A stretch of DNA of 64,000 nt from Bacillota bacterium (GTDB lineage: Bacteria; Bacillota; SHA-98; UBA4971): contig JAAYXB010000075.1 of the NCBI GenBank assembly GCA_012516125.1, positions 5,829-69,828 on the forward strand, written 5' to 3'. Each line of letters begins with the position of its first letter. Position 1 is the first letter of the stretch. Below, one piece after another: positions 1 through 11,595 of this stretch. Under the pieces are notes generated by a model. That model did not search any database. It was not told where the DNA came from and saw only the letters and a program-made list of their open reading frames with translations. The translations under genes were made by a program, and so were the position numbers.

Positions 1-430
1 CAGCCATGCCCAGTTGCACAAACCTGGCCTGGCGGTTCACGATCTGCGCCAGCACCGCTGAAATAAGCTCGGAGAAGCTCACCTCGAGCGGTAACTCGAG
101 AAGCGGCAACCCGTGCTCGTCCGCGGCCTCCACCATGTGACCAGGCACGGTGTCTATGTAGCGCTTGGGTTTGAACGCCACTGCCGCGAGGCCCTTGGCT
201 GCGAGCCTGGGAAGGAGCGCCTTCTGGGCTTCCACATCGTCCTTGATGGGGTAACCAGTAGTAAGGAGAAGGTCTCCTTCCCTGATCCATTCCAGGATGT
301 CCGGCACCTCCATAACATTGACGTTCGTTACGACGCGGCCGAGCCCCTGGCGCCCTCCTATCACCTTCGCGCCGGCAAACGCCGGGAGCGTGAGGACCTC
401 CTCCACGGTTATGCCAACCTCGTGCAACAT
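1..430 (-). CDS. PucR-family transcriptional regulator (N-terminal part; runs off the window edge)
   Basis: Not in the ORF track. Manual translation MLHEVGITVEEVLTLPAFAGAKVIGGRQGLGRVVTNVNVMEVPDILEWIREGDLLLTTGY...LPLLELP matches the PucR N-terminal domain; GAGGTG RBS before ATG at 430. Confidence 0.85.
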   Translation of the reverse strand, partial: MLHEVGITVEEVLTLPAFAGAKVIGGRQGLGRVVTNVNVMEVPDILEWIREGDLLLTTGYPIKDDVEAQKALLPRLAAKGLAAVAFKPKRYIDTVPGHMVEAADEHGLPLLELPLEVSFSELISAVLAQIVNRQARFVQLGMA

Positions 431-619
431 GGCGCAAACACCTCGCAGAGCCCGTTTGTGTTTGGGCGGACGGAATCCTGCGACGTCGTTCCCTCTGTGC
501 CTGAGTCCTTGAAGAACTTCGACACAGAGCGCCACCGTTCCTCCGACCCCGTTTCACTGCCGGGCCACGCTCGACCGCAACGAGGTACGACCAAACCCGC
601 GAGGCTCGTCGAAAGTTGC

Positions 620-645
620 CATAAAGCACGAGTCGAAACTTTATG
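620..645. promoter_or_regulatory. Inverted repeat CATAAAG-N12-CTTTATG, candidate operator between divergent pucR and GNAT operon
   Basis: Perfect 7-bp inverted repeat in a divergent intergenic region; function inferred. Confidence 0.3.
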
Positions 646-793
646 AACGATATCCAAAGGACACACCGAGGACGCGAGTAATTAGTGTAATGAGAGTATC
701 GAAGTGTCGAATCAGGCCACCTCTGGTTGACATTGTCCGGGTCGAGTCGCGTTGCCGTAAGAGGCCAATGCCATGAAAAGGAGGATTCCAAGG

Positions 794-1468
794 ATGATCG
801 TTGACAAGCTGGAGCAGTCCCTTCGCCCACCCGAGACAAACATGCCTCCGTATCCGCCCAAGTACATAACGCTTGCGTCCGGCGAGAAGATGGTGGTCCA
901 CCAGGCCAGCCGAGAAGATGTCCCCCGACTTCTCGAGGCCGTAAGGCCCCTCGTGACGGTTGAGAAGGACTTCTACGACATCGTGGCCGCCCGCCTTTAC
1001 GCCGAACTCCTTGCGTATCAGCGGTATCGCGTCAAGGACGAGTACGTTCTGGTGGGCACCATCGACGGCGTCATCGTCGGCATCGTCAATGGTCGGATGG
1101 TCGACGACAGGGTCGGGATGTCCTATCACACCGTGGCTATCAAGCGGGGTCTTCGAATCGGGGCTCAGCTCTTCGCCGCCAAAATGGAATACCACATGGA
1201 CTACCTGGGCCAACAGGAGGTGCTCATCGTCGCGGAAAGCCCCATCGGGTATCGGCGATGGATGATCGAGTATGAGCTCGAGAGCAGGCCCAGCACCTGG
1301 CACGAGCTTGGCGGCGTTCCGACGCACGTTCTCACGAAGGCTCTCTGGGAAAAGCACAAGCCCATGAAGTGCACGGGCCGTCGCCCCGTGCCTCCCGAGA
1401 TGCTTGAGGTCGCAAAGAAGCTGATTCTGCCCTCCGAGTATCCTCAGATTCCAGGCTTCAAGCGCTAA
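794..1468 (+). CDS. GNAT-fold N-acetyltransferase-like protein
   Basis: AGGAGG RBS before ATG 794; VLVGTIDGVIVGIVN strand followed by KRGLRIGAQL (acetyl-CoA-binding motif A-like). Confidence 0.65.
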   Translation: MIVDKLEQSLRPPETNMPPYPPKYITLASGEKMVVHQASREDVPRLLEAVRPLVTVEKDFYDIVAARLYAELLAYQRYRVKDEYVLVGTIDGVIVGIVNGRMVDDRVGMSYHTVAIKRGLRIGAQLFAAKMEYHMDYLGQQEVLIVAESPIGYRRWMIEYELESRPSTWHELGGVPTHVLTKALWEKHKPMKCTGRRPVPPEMLEVAKKLILPSEYPQIPGFKR

Positions 1469-1481
1469 GAAAGGTGGGATC

Positions 1482-2675
1482 GTGGTGAGGAAGGTTGGAA
1501 TCGCCGGGGTAGGCCACACGAAGTTCGGGCGCTCCGAGGTCCCCCTCGTCGACATGCTTGCCCTTGCCGCCCTGGAGGCTCTCGACGACGCGGGGATCAG
1601 GACAGGAAAGGGACACGGCGTGGACCAGGTGTTCGTGGCGTCGATGGGCGCCGGGCTGCTTAACCGCCAGAGCAGCGTCGCGTCGGCCCTCGTGGACACC
1701 CTCAACCTGCAGCCTGCAATGGCCGAGACCGTCGAGAACGGCCCTGCCTCCGGCGCGTCCGCCGTGAAGCTGGGCTACATGGGCATCGCAAGCGGCATGT
1801 GTGACGTGGCTCTGGTGGTCGGCGGCGAGCTCATGCGAGTTGTGACCGGCTGGGAGGCCACCGACTTCGTCGCCACAATGCTTCACCCTGACGCTGAGTA
1901 CGCATATGGCCTGACGCTCCCCGCTTTCGCGGGCATGTTCACCAGGCTCTACATGGACAAGTATGGCGTGACGGAGAAGGACCTCGCCATGGTCGCGGTG
2001 AAAAACCACGAGCACGCCATGCACAACCCGGTGGCCCATATACAGCTCGTTCCAAGCTTCCATGCGATCATCGAAGACGAGGACGCCCCCGTCATCAACC
2101 CGTATGTCGCAGAGCCTCTCCGCGTGTACGACGTGTGCCCCGTCTCCGACGGCGCGGCCGCCGTAGTGCTGTGCGCCATGGACCTTGCAGACCGGTTCCC
2201 GAAGAAGCCCGTCAGGATCGCCGGGATCGGCCAGGCCACCGACACTCACGTGGTGGCGGAGCGCGAGGTTCCTACGGACCTGCTTGCGGTGCGCCTTGCT
2301 GCCCAACGCGCATACGCCATGGCTGGCCTCAAGCCCGAAGATATCGACGTAGCAGAGCTGCACGACGCTTTTACAATACTCGAAATAGCCATATCAGAAG
2401 AGGCCGGCCTCTTCCCGAGAGGCGAGGGTCATCTCGCGGTTCGGCGCGGCGAGACCCGTGTGGGCGGCAGGATCCCCATAAACACCTCGGGTGGGCTCAA
2501 GGCCAAAGGGCATCCGCTGGGAGCAACAGGTGTCTCGCAGATCGTAGAACTCGTCCGCCAGCTCCGCGGGGAAGCAGGCGGCCGGCAGGTCGAGGGTGCA
2601 AGGCACGGCCTCGCCGTCAACTTCGGCGGCTTCGGGAACAACGTGGTCGCCACGATTCTCTCGAAGGAGGAGTGA
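1482..2675 (+). CDS. Thiolase-domain protein (SCP2/archaeal type) lacking the nucleophilic Cys
   Basis: IAGVGHTKFG, CPVSDGAAA, AELHDAF, INTSGGLKAKGHPLGATG motifs; ENGPASG where ExxCASG is expected. Confidence 0.9.
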   Translation: MVRKVGIAGVGHTKFGRSEVPLVDMLALAALEALDDAGIRTGKGHGVDQVFVASMGAGLLNRQSSVASALVDTLNLQPAMAETVENGPASGASAVKLGYMGIASGMCDVALVVGGELMRVVTGWEATDFVATMLHPDAEYAYGLTLPAFAGMFTRLYMDKYGVTEKDLAMVAVKNHEHAMHNPVAHIQLVPSFHAIIEDEDAPVINPYVAEPLRVYDVCPVSDGAAAVVLCAMDLADRFPKKPVRIAGIGQATDTHVVAEREVPTDLLAVRLAAQRAYAMAGLKPEDIDVAELHDAFTILEIAISEEAGLFPRGEGHLAVRRGETRVGGRIPINTSGGLKAKGHPLGATGVSQIVELVRQLRGEAGGRQVEGARHGLAVNFGGFGNNVVATILSKEE

Positions 2676-2682
2676 CCAGGCC

Positions 2683-3030
2683 ATGGAGCCCAGGATGTAC
2701 GCATACAGGTGCACGGCGTGCGGGAAGCTGTTTCACCCCGCGCGGGCGGTCTGCCGGGAATGCGGTGGTCGCGAGTTCGAGGCCGTCCCCCTCGAGGGCG
2801 AGGGCACGCTCCTCACTTACACCAGAGTGTACGCCCTGCCCGAGGGCTACATGAAGCCGTGGCTTGGGTTCGGCATCGTAGAGTTCCCGAACGGCGTCCG
2901 CGTCTCCGGCCAGCTGAACGCGGAGGACCTCGCTGTTGGGATGAAGGTCAGGGCAACGGTGGGCGTAGTCAAAGAGGGCGTTGGCAGAGACTACTACGGT
3001 TTCATCTTCGAGAAGGCGGCCCAAGTGTAA
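2683..3030 (+). CDS. DUF35 Zn-ribbon/OB-fold protein
   Basis: CTACG...CRECG zinc ribbon plus GEGTLLTYT OB fold; AAGGAGGAG RBS; adjacent to thiolase. Confidence 0.9.
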   Translation: MEPRMYAYRCTACGKLFHPARAVCRECGGREFEAVPLEGEGTLLTYTRVYALPEGYMKPWLGFGIVEFPNGVRVSGQLNAEDLAVGMKVRATVGVVKEGVGRDYYGFIFEKAAQV

Positions 3031-3050
3031 AGAAGGTACCCGCCACCTCG

Positions 3051-3165
3051 GTGAGGGTTCATTGGTTTGCCCCAGTTCCACAGCGTCTGGTGGGTTGCCA
3101 GTGTTGGACTCTCTCTGAGTCACCGGCAACGCGTCCCAAAGTTGGGAGGATTCTCGTACCATCAC
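3051..3165 (-). repeat. Dispersed palindromic repeat (MITE/REP-like), copy A
   Basis: Reverse complement aligns along its length with 9378-9495; core GGGTTGCCAGTG...CACCGGCAAC. Confidence 0.8.
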
Positions 3166-3199
3166 TCAGAGGGACGGTGCCTGGAGGAGAATGTCTTGA

Positions 3200-3766
<567 letters not shown>

Positions 3767-3795
3767 CTCTCTCCGGTCGACCTTGGGGGGTTCTC

Positions 3796-4311
3796 ATGCG
3801 GCTCGACTACACGTACATCTTCCAGATACTGAACTTTATCGTCCTGTTCCTCCTCCTTCGCCGTTACCTCTTCGGTCCTGTGAAGGCGTACCTGGAGCGG
3901 CGGGAGCAGTATATCCGCGAGCGGATTTCGGCAGCGGAGAACGACAGAGAGCACGCGGCAAGGCTCAAGGAAGAGCTCGAATCCGAGCTTTCTCGGGCCC
4001 GAGCGAAGGCGCGCGAAATCACGGAGGAAGCCAGGCGTGCGTCCGACCAGGTCCGGGCCGATGCCCGCAAGCTGGCCGCCGAGGAAGCCTCGCGCATCGT
4101 GGCCCGCGCCCGTGAAGAGCTTGCCCGCGAGAAGGAGCGGGCTTTCCAGGAAATCCGCAAGCAGGTGGTGGACCTCTCGGTCACCGTCGCATCGCAAGCG
4201 ATCCGGGACGCCCTCGACCCAGAGACGCTGCGTCAGGTCGCGTCCATGGCCGCGCGCGACATCGTCGAGGCGAAACTCGGAGGCAAGGTCTATGGAGGCA
4301 GGGTCTCATGA
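3796..4311 (+). CDS. atpF: F-type ATP synthase subunit b
   Basis: QILNFIVLFLLLRRYLFGPV N-terminal TM then long charged coiled coil. Confidence 0.93.
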   Translation: MRLDYTYIFQILNFIVLFLLLRRYLFGPVKAYLERREQYIRERISAAENDREHAARLKEELESELSRARAKAREITEEARRASDQVRADARKLAAEEASRIVARAREELAREKERAFQEIRKQVVDLSVTVASQAIRDALDPETLRQVASMAARDIVEAKLGGKVYGGRVS

Positions 4312-4949
4312 CCGCTCTCGATCCTGGCACGCTCGCGAGGGCCCTGCTCTCTATAGCGAGGGAACGCCTTGATCCCCAGACTGTCGCAGACGAGCTGGCA
4401 CAGGTCACGAGAATCCTGGCGTCAGTGCCGCTTCTCAAGCGAACTCTAGCCGACGCCGGTATTCCTGCCGAGGAGAGGCGCTCCGTTGTGTCGGATGCTC
4501 TGGGCAATTTCCTCTCACCCGTCACCCTTGGCCTTCTTGACCTGCTCATAGACGAAAACCAGGTACACACCGTCGGTGCGGTGGCCGACGTGTACCGGAG
4601 GCTCCTCGACGAGGACAGGGGCGTGGTGCGCGCCCGCGTGACGAGCGCGGTCGAACTTTCGCAGGTCGACGTCGAAGCGCTTCGGGCGGGCCTCGCCGAG
4701 AAGCTCGGCGGCCACGTGGTCATCGAGCAGCAGGTGGATCCCGGGATCCTGGGTGGCCTCATAGTGCAGGTGGGAGATACCGTGTTCGACGGGAGCATCG
4801 CCGGCCGCCTCCGCAGGCTGCGTGAGGAGCTCGAGACCCCTCCCCCCGCAAATGGTGAACCATCGCCAGCACCCGGAACCGGGACAGCCCCCGCAACCGG
4901 AACGCCGCCGGCGCCGACGGGGCCATCTGCGGCACCACCGGGAGAGTGA
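4308..4949 (+). CDS. atpH: F-type ATP synthase subunit delta with Pro/Thr-rich C-terminal tail
   Basis: ARVTSAVEL...[22 protein letters not shown] motif; operon position. Confidence 0.92.
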   Translation: MTALDPGTLARALLSIARERLDPQTVADELAQVTRILASVPLLKRTLADAGIPAEERRSVVSDALGNFLSPVTLGLLDLLIDENQVHTVGAVADVYRRLLDEDRGVVRARVTSAVELSQVDVEALRAGLAEKLGGHVVIEQQVDPGILGGLIVQVGDTVFDGSIAGRLRRLREELETPPPANGEPSPAPGTGTAPATGTPPAPTGPSAAPPGE

Positions 4950-6541
4950 CGTGCTTGGAACTTTCGCCTGAGGCTGTGGCATCAGCGATACGGGCGCGCC
5001 TCGCCGAGATACGTCCCGGGGTCGACGTGTACACCCAGGGGACAGTGATCGAGGTAGGCGACGGGATCGCACGTCTTTCCGGGCTCCGCGGCGCCATGAT
5101 GGGCGAGCTCGTGGACTTTCCGAACGGGGTGTTGGGGATAACCCTCAACCTTGAGGAAGACACGGTCGGGGTTGCCCTCCTGGGTTCCGACGTGGACGTG
5201 AAAGAGGGCGACACGGTGCGCGGCACCGGCCGGGTCATCGACGTGCCCGTCGGGACCGCTGTGGTGGGCAGAGTGGTGAACGCCCTCGGAATGCCTATCG
5301 ACGGAAAGGGCCCGATTAACGCCCCGACTCGCCGACCCATAGAGCACCCGGCGCCCGGCATCGCCATGCGCACGCCCGTGTCAGAGCCTCTCCAGACAGG
5401 GATCCTGGCCATTGATTCCATGATCCCCATCGGGCGCGGTCAGAGGGAGCTCATCATAGGCGACAGGCAGACCGGGAAGACGGCCATCGCCGTCGACACC
5501 ATCCTGAACCAGCGGGGCAAGGACGTCATCTGCATATACGTGGCGATCGGGCAGAAACGCTCCACCATCGCAAAACTGGTCAAGCTCTTCGAGGAGGAGG
5601 GGGCGATGGACTACACGACCGTAGTGGCGGCGTCCGCGAGCGAGCTTGCGCCGCTGCAGTACATCGCACCGTACGCCGGCTGCGCCATGGCCGAAGAGTT
5701 CATGTACACCGGTCGCCACGCGCTCATTGTATACGACGACCTCTCTAAACACGCCATAGCGTACAGGGCCACGTCCCTTCTTCTCAGGCGACCGCCGGGG
5801 CGGGAAGCCTTCCCCGGTGACATCTTCTATCTCCATTCGCGACTTCTCGAGCGCTCAGCGAAGCTGGCGCCCGAGCTTGGCGGCGGCTCCATGACAGCCC
5901 TCCCAATAGTCGAGACGCTCGCGGGCGACGTTGCGGCCTACATACCGACCAACGTCATCTCCATAACCGACGGGCAGATATACCTCGAAAGCGAGCTTTT
6001 CTTCTCAGGGGTGAGGCCCGCCGTCAACGTGGGGCTCTCCGTGTCGCGCGTCGGAGGCGAAGCCCAGATACCCGCAATGAAGAAGGTCGCCGGAAGGTTG
6101 CGCCTCGACCTCGCTCAGTACCGGGAGCTTGCCGAGTTCGCACAGTTCGGCACGGAGCTTGACCCCGAGACCAGAGCCAGGCTGGAGAAGGGAAAGCGCA
6201 TCGTGGAGGTGCTGAAGCAGCCGCAGTACCAGCCATTGCCCGTGGAGGACCAGGTGATGCTCATATTCGCCGTGGTCCGCCGCCACCTCGATGCCGTCCC
6301 GGTGGAGGCCATCGCGTCTTTCAAAACCGAATTCATCGACCACATGCACCGGGCGCACCCGGACATAGCCCAGGCTATCGCCTCAGGGAAGGACCTCGAT
6401 GACGACCTCGAGGCGCGTCTTACGTCGGCAATAAAGGAGTTCAAGGAAGTATTCACGCCGAAAGGCGTGGAGGGGCCCGTCGAAACCTCCCCCAGGAAAG
6501 CTCAGGGCGGCATAGAAAGCCAGGTCATCGAGGGAGCGTGA
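4946..6541 (+). CDS. atpA: F-type ATP synthase subunit alpha
   Basis: [35 protein letters not shown] motifs. Confidence 0.98.
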   Translation: MTCLELSPEAVASAIRARLAEIRPGVDVYTQGTVIEVGDGIARLSGLRGAMMGELVDFPNGVLGITLNLEEDTVGVALLGSDVDVKEGDTVRGTGRVIDVPVGTAVVGRVVNALGMPIDGKGPINAPTRRPIEHPAPGIAMRTPVSEPLQTGILAIDSMIPIGRGQRELIIGDRQTGKTAIAVDTILNQRGKDVICIYVAIGQKRSTIAKLVKLFEEEGAMDYTTVVAASASELAPLQYIAPYAGCAMAEEFMYTGRHALIVYDDLSKHAIAYRATSLLLRRPPGREAFPGDIFYLHSRLLERSAKLAPELGGGSMTALPIVETLAGDVAAYIPTNVISITDGQIYLESELFFSGVRPAVNVGLSVSRVGGEAQIPAMKKVAGRLRLDLAQYRELAEFAQFGTELDPETRARLEKGKRIVEVLKQPQYQPLPVEDQVMLIFAVVRRHLDAVPVEAIASFKTEFIDHMHRAHPDIAQAIASGKDLDDDLEARLTSAIKEFKEVFTPKGVEGPVETSPRKAQGGIESQVIEGA

Positions 6542-6550
6542 CCAGGCCGC

Positions 6551-7510
6551 ATGGAGGAGCTTCGCGACCTTCGCCGCAGGATACGCAGTATCCGGGACAC
6601 ACAGCAGGTCACCCGCGCCATGTCCCTCGTGGCTTCCACGCGGCTGCGCCGGATCGAGAGGTTTGTGGAACCAGCTCGCACTTATGCCGAGACCCTCCGG
6701 CGCGTCGTGCTCGACATCGCCGCGAGAACCCCGCCATGGGCTCATCCGCTCCTCAAGCCGAGGGAAGCGGTGACCCGGGCATATCTCGTCATAACCTCCG
6801 ATAGGGGCCTTGCGGGCGGCTACAATGCGGAGATCCTGCGGCGAGCAACTGACCTCCTCGGAGCAGCGGACCTCATACCAGGCCACGTGGCGGTGGTGGT
6901 GGCCGGCAGGAAGGGCCGGGACTCCTTCCGGAGGCGGGGCCCGCGACCGGTCAGGGAGTACGTCCACCTCCCCGACACTCCTGACGAAGCGCTCGCCCAG
7001 CACGTTGCCGAAGGCCTGCTCGCGGATTATTCCGAAGGCCGGATAGACTCCGTGCACATGGTGTTCGCGAGGTTCGTGTCCCGGGGTTCGTACCAGCCCG
7101 ACGTGGTGCAGTTGCTGCCTGTGGAGGGGACGCAACACGCAGACTACCAGGACGAGACCCGGATCCCCGGCACCGACAACGGAGGCGATCGGAATGAGGT
7201 GATCGGCCGGGACAACGGCGGCCGTGACAGGGAAAGGCCGAATGGGCCGAACCTGCCTATCACGTATGAGCCTTCGCCCGAGTCCGTCTTCGACAGGCTC
7301 TTCCCCCACTATCTGGTGTCCGCGGTGTACGCGGCGCTCGTGGAGGCCAAGGCCAGCGAGCTTGCGGCGAGGACCATCGCTATGGATTCGGCCACCGACA
7401 ACGCGGGGGAGCTGATAGAGAGGCTCACGCTCACCTATAACCGGGCGAGGCAGGCCGAGATCACGCAGGAGATCTCGGAGATCGCCACCGGCGCAGAGAG
7501 CCTCCGCTGA
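6551..7510 (+). CDS. atpG: F-type ATP synthase subunit gamma
   Basis: RIRSI...VTRAM, TSDRGLAGGYN, C-terminal NRARQAEITQEISEI. Confidence 0.97.
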   Translation: MEELRDLRRRIRSIRDTQQVTRAMSLVASTRLRRIERFVEPARTYAETLRRVVLDIAARTPPWAHPLLKPREAVTRAYLVITSDRGLAGGYNAEILRRATDLLGAADLIPGHVAVVVAGRKGRDSFRRRGPRPVREYVHLPDTPDEALAQHVAEGLLADYSEGRIDSVHMVFARFVSRGSYQPDVVQLLPVEGTQHADYQDETRIPGTDNGGDRNEVIGRDNGGRDRERPNGPNLPITYEPSPESVFDRLFPHYLVSAVYAALVEAKASELAARTIAMDSATDNAGELIERLTLTYNRARQAEITQEISEIATGAESLR

Positions 7511-7632
7511 GCGCCGCGTTTGAGGCCGCACCGGTTTCCCCATGCAGTCCGTGCGCGTCGCATGCGTCTTGCGCGGCGCGGCGTCAAGGCTTGGCGCGAA
7601 TCTCTGGAGAGACGGGGGCAGTACCCCAAGCA

Positions 7633-7751
7633 AGGGTTCACTGGTCTCTCCTCGTTTTCGAGGGGGCGCAGGGTTGCCGACGACTCAAAGAGACTGTGCA
7701 ACCCCGGCAACCCGCCAGGTGTTGGCAAACTGTCATGAACTGACGAGCCCT
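7633..7751 (+). repeat. Dispersed palindromic repeat, copy B (atpG-atpD spacer)
   Basis: GGGTTGCCGACGACTCAAAGAGACTGTGCAACCCCGGCAACCC core at 7671-7713; imperfect terminal inverted ends AGGGTTC...GAGCCCT. Confidence 0.78.
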
Positions 7752-7793
7752 AACGCAGCATGCAGTTGAGAACTCGCGAGACGGCGAGTGTAG

Positions 7794-9311
<1,518 letters not shown>

Positions 9312-9377
9312 AAGCACGGCAACGGGCGCGATTACAAACCCGGTCCTAAGCCAGCGATTACCTACGGCCATATACGT

Positions 9378-9495
9378 AGGTGGTGCAGAAATGCTCCCAA
9401 CTGTTGGGAGGGGTTGCCGGTGACTCAAGGAGAAAGTGCAACACCGGCAACCCGGCAACTACTGACAATGGGGCAAGGACTAACGCACCCTCACC
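9378..9495 (+). repeat. Dispersed palindromic repeat, copy C (atpD-atpC spacer)
   Basis: CTCCCAA-ctg-TTGGGAG hairpin, then perfect 12-bp stem GGGTTGCCGGTG (9411-9422) / CACCGGCAACCC (9442-9453). Confidence 0.82.
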
Positions 9496-9517
9496 TAGGT
9501 GCCCTCACGGAGGTGAG

Positions 9518-9784
9518 ATGGTGAGCCACTTCACCTTGCGCGTTCTCACGCGGCAGAAGACAGTCCTGGAAGCCCGGGCGACTTCGGTCTTCATCCCGGG
9601 CTTCGAAGGGGACTTCCAGGTCCTCGGCAATCATGCACCGGTCGTGTCGGCACTCCGCCCCGGGCGAATCGTTGCAACGTGCAACGGGGAGCAGAAAGAC
9701 GTCGAGGTAACCGGGGGCTTCGTCGTCGTCATGCCCGACCGCGTCGATGTGCTCGTAGACCTCGCCGACCTCACGCCTCGATGA
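9518..9784 (+). CDS. atpC: F-type ATP synthase subunit epsilon, short form (beta-sandwich only)
   Basis: GGAGGTG RBS; PGFEGDFQVLGNHAPVVSALRPG and VTGGFV motifs; ends after 88 aa without the C-terminal helices. Confidence 0.9.
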   Translation: MVSHFTLRVLTRQKTVLEARATSVFIPGFEGDFQVLGNHAPVVSALRPGRIVATCNGEQKDVEVTGGFVVVMPDRVDVLVDLADLTPR

Positions 9785-11594
9785 CGCGGTTGCGCCCCTC
9801 CCTCTTTCCACGGTAACATGCCATGTCCGCAAGGTATATGAGGTCCTTCTGGGTTCTGGCGTCGGTGGGATACGTGGCAACCCCCACCGTGACGGTAACG
9901 CGCCCGCTCGGTATCTGGTCCTCGTTGGGGAACGGGTATGCTTCTATTCTCGCCCTGATCTTCTCGGCCACCTTGAGCGCGTGCGCCTTCTGAGCCTCCA
10001 GGAGTATGACCACGAACTCTTCCCCGCCATACCTTGCCACAATGTCGGTTGACCGAACGGACCTCGTGAGGAGCCGCGCCACAGCTTTCAGCGCGGCGTC
10101 GCCTGCCGGATGCCCCAGCACGTCGTTATACTGCTTGAAATCGTCGATGTCGACCATTAGCAGAGATAGATAGCGTCCGTAGCGCTCGCACCTCGCAAGC
10201 TCCTCGGCAAGCCTCTCCTGGAAGTGCCTGTGGTTGAAAAGCCCCGTCACAGAGTCTGTAATGGCAAGCCTCTCGGCTATCCGGTGCAGACGCGTCACTT
10301 CGGCAAGCTGCCTGTCGAGCCTGGCGTTGACCCGCCTGAGCTCCGCCTCGCTCTTCTCGAGCAACTCGTTCTTCGCCTTAAGCTCGCGGTACAGCCTCGC
10401 GTTCTCTATAGCGATGGCCGCCTGCGTGCCGATGGTGCACACGATCCGCACGTGGTCCTCTTCGAAACGCTGGGTGTAGCTCTGTACCGACATCACTCCG
10501 ATGACCCTGTTCTGCACTGAAAGCGGGACCGCGATCACCGATAGCGGCTTATCTCCCAGCATGATGGCCTCGGTAGGCACGTGCTCCATGTCCCTGGACG
10601 AATCTCTTATGAAGAGGGGCTTCCCGGACTTTATCACCCACTCGGTGAGACCCTTCCCGGTGGGATAGGGCCGTGCGAAACTGGCCACGCGCACGCCATG
10701 GTCCACGACCATCTCGAACCTGATCTCGGAAGCCTGTTCGTCAAAGAGGGCCACGAAGAACGACTCGTTGCCGATGATCGCGGCCACCTGCTCGTACATG
10801 ACCTCGAGTAGCGCCGGAAGGTCGAGCACGGAGGTGGTCGCTACCGCCACTTTGTATATGCTCATCATCTCAGCAGCAAACCGGCGGGCCTCCTCGGTCT
10901 GGCGGCGCAGCTCCTCCTCCAGCTGCCTCCTCTGGGTCATGTCACGCACCACGCCCTGAATCGCCACGGGGGCGCCTTCCTTCCGGATGACGCTCGTGTT
11001 GATCTGGCAGTATACGGACTTGCCACCGCATCCGGCCAGCTCCACGTCGAGCATCTGGCAATCACGGGACATGCTGCTCGGCGAAAGGGCCGCGGCAACC
11101 TCATCGTGGCACGTATCGGCCACCACCTCGAAGATCCTCCGGCCCACAAGCTCGTGAGCTCCGCACCCAAGCATCGCCGCAAGGGGCTCGTTCACATACG
11201 TGATCGTGCCGTCGAGGTCGGCGACGAACATCCCGTCGCTTGCGTTCTCAATGAGCTGCCGGTACTTGGCTTCCGATTCAGAGAGGTCCCTGATGGTGGC
11301 CCTCACCTTCCTGCTGAGGGCCCTATTGGCCGCAACCGTGGCGAGGACGACAAAGAGGAGCGCCCCGAGGATCGTCAGAGCCATGAAGAAAGCCATAGAC
11401 ATCTGCTGCTGACTCGCGAAAAGCGGGCCATCGATAGGCATAGCAAAAGCGCTGCCGAAAACGGAAGCAGCGCAGCCTGCGACCGCCCCCGGGCAGGCGA
11501 ATGGACGCACCCATCCTGTGGCTGACCCCGGCATCACCGCCACCTCCCCCATGGCCCTCAAGGTCCCAAGACCCTTCCGAAGCCGTGCTACCAC
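9771..11594 (-). CDS. Membrane-anchored PAS-GAF-GGDEF diguanylate cyclase (start uncertain)
   Basis: TM segment, PAS (YRQLIENASDG...VVRDMT), GAF (VIGVMSVQS...AIENARL), TDSVTGLFNHR, RSTD I-site and RYGGEEF. Confidence 0.93.
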   Translation of the reverse strand: MVARLRKGLGTLRAMGEVAVMPGSATGWVRPFACPGAVAGCAASVFGSAFAMPIDGPLFASQQQMSMAFFMALTILGALLFVVLATVAANRALSRKVRATIRDLSESEAKYRQLIENASDGMFVADLDGTITYVNEPLAAMLGCGAHELVGRRIFEVVADTCHDEVAAALSPSSMSRDCQMLDVELAGCGGKSVYCQINTSVIRKEGAPVAIQGVVRDMTQRRQLEEELRRQTEEARRFAAEMMSIYKVAVATTSVLDLPALLEVMYEQVAAIIGNESFFVALFDEQASEIRFEMVVDHGVRVASFARPYPTGKGLTEWVIKSGKPLFIRDSSRDMEHVPTEAIMLGDKPLSVIAVPLSVQNRVIGVMSVQSYTQRFEEDHVRIVCTIGTQAAIAIENARLYRELKAKNELLEKSEAELRRVNARLDRQLAEVTRLHRIAERLAITDSVTGLFNHRHFQERLAEELARCERYGRYLSLLMVDIDDFKQYNDVLGHPAGDAALKAVARLLTRSVRSTDIVARYGGEEFVVILLEAQKAHALKVAEKIRARIEAYPFPNEDQIPSGRVTVTVGVATYPTDARTQKDLIYLADMACYRGKREGRNRVIEA

Positions 11595-11595
11595 C

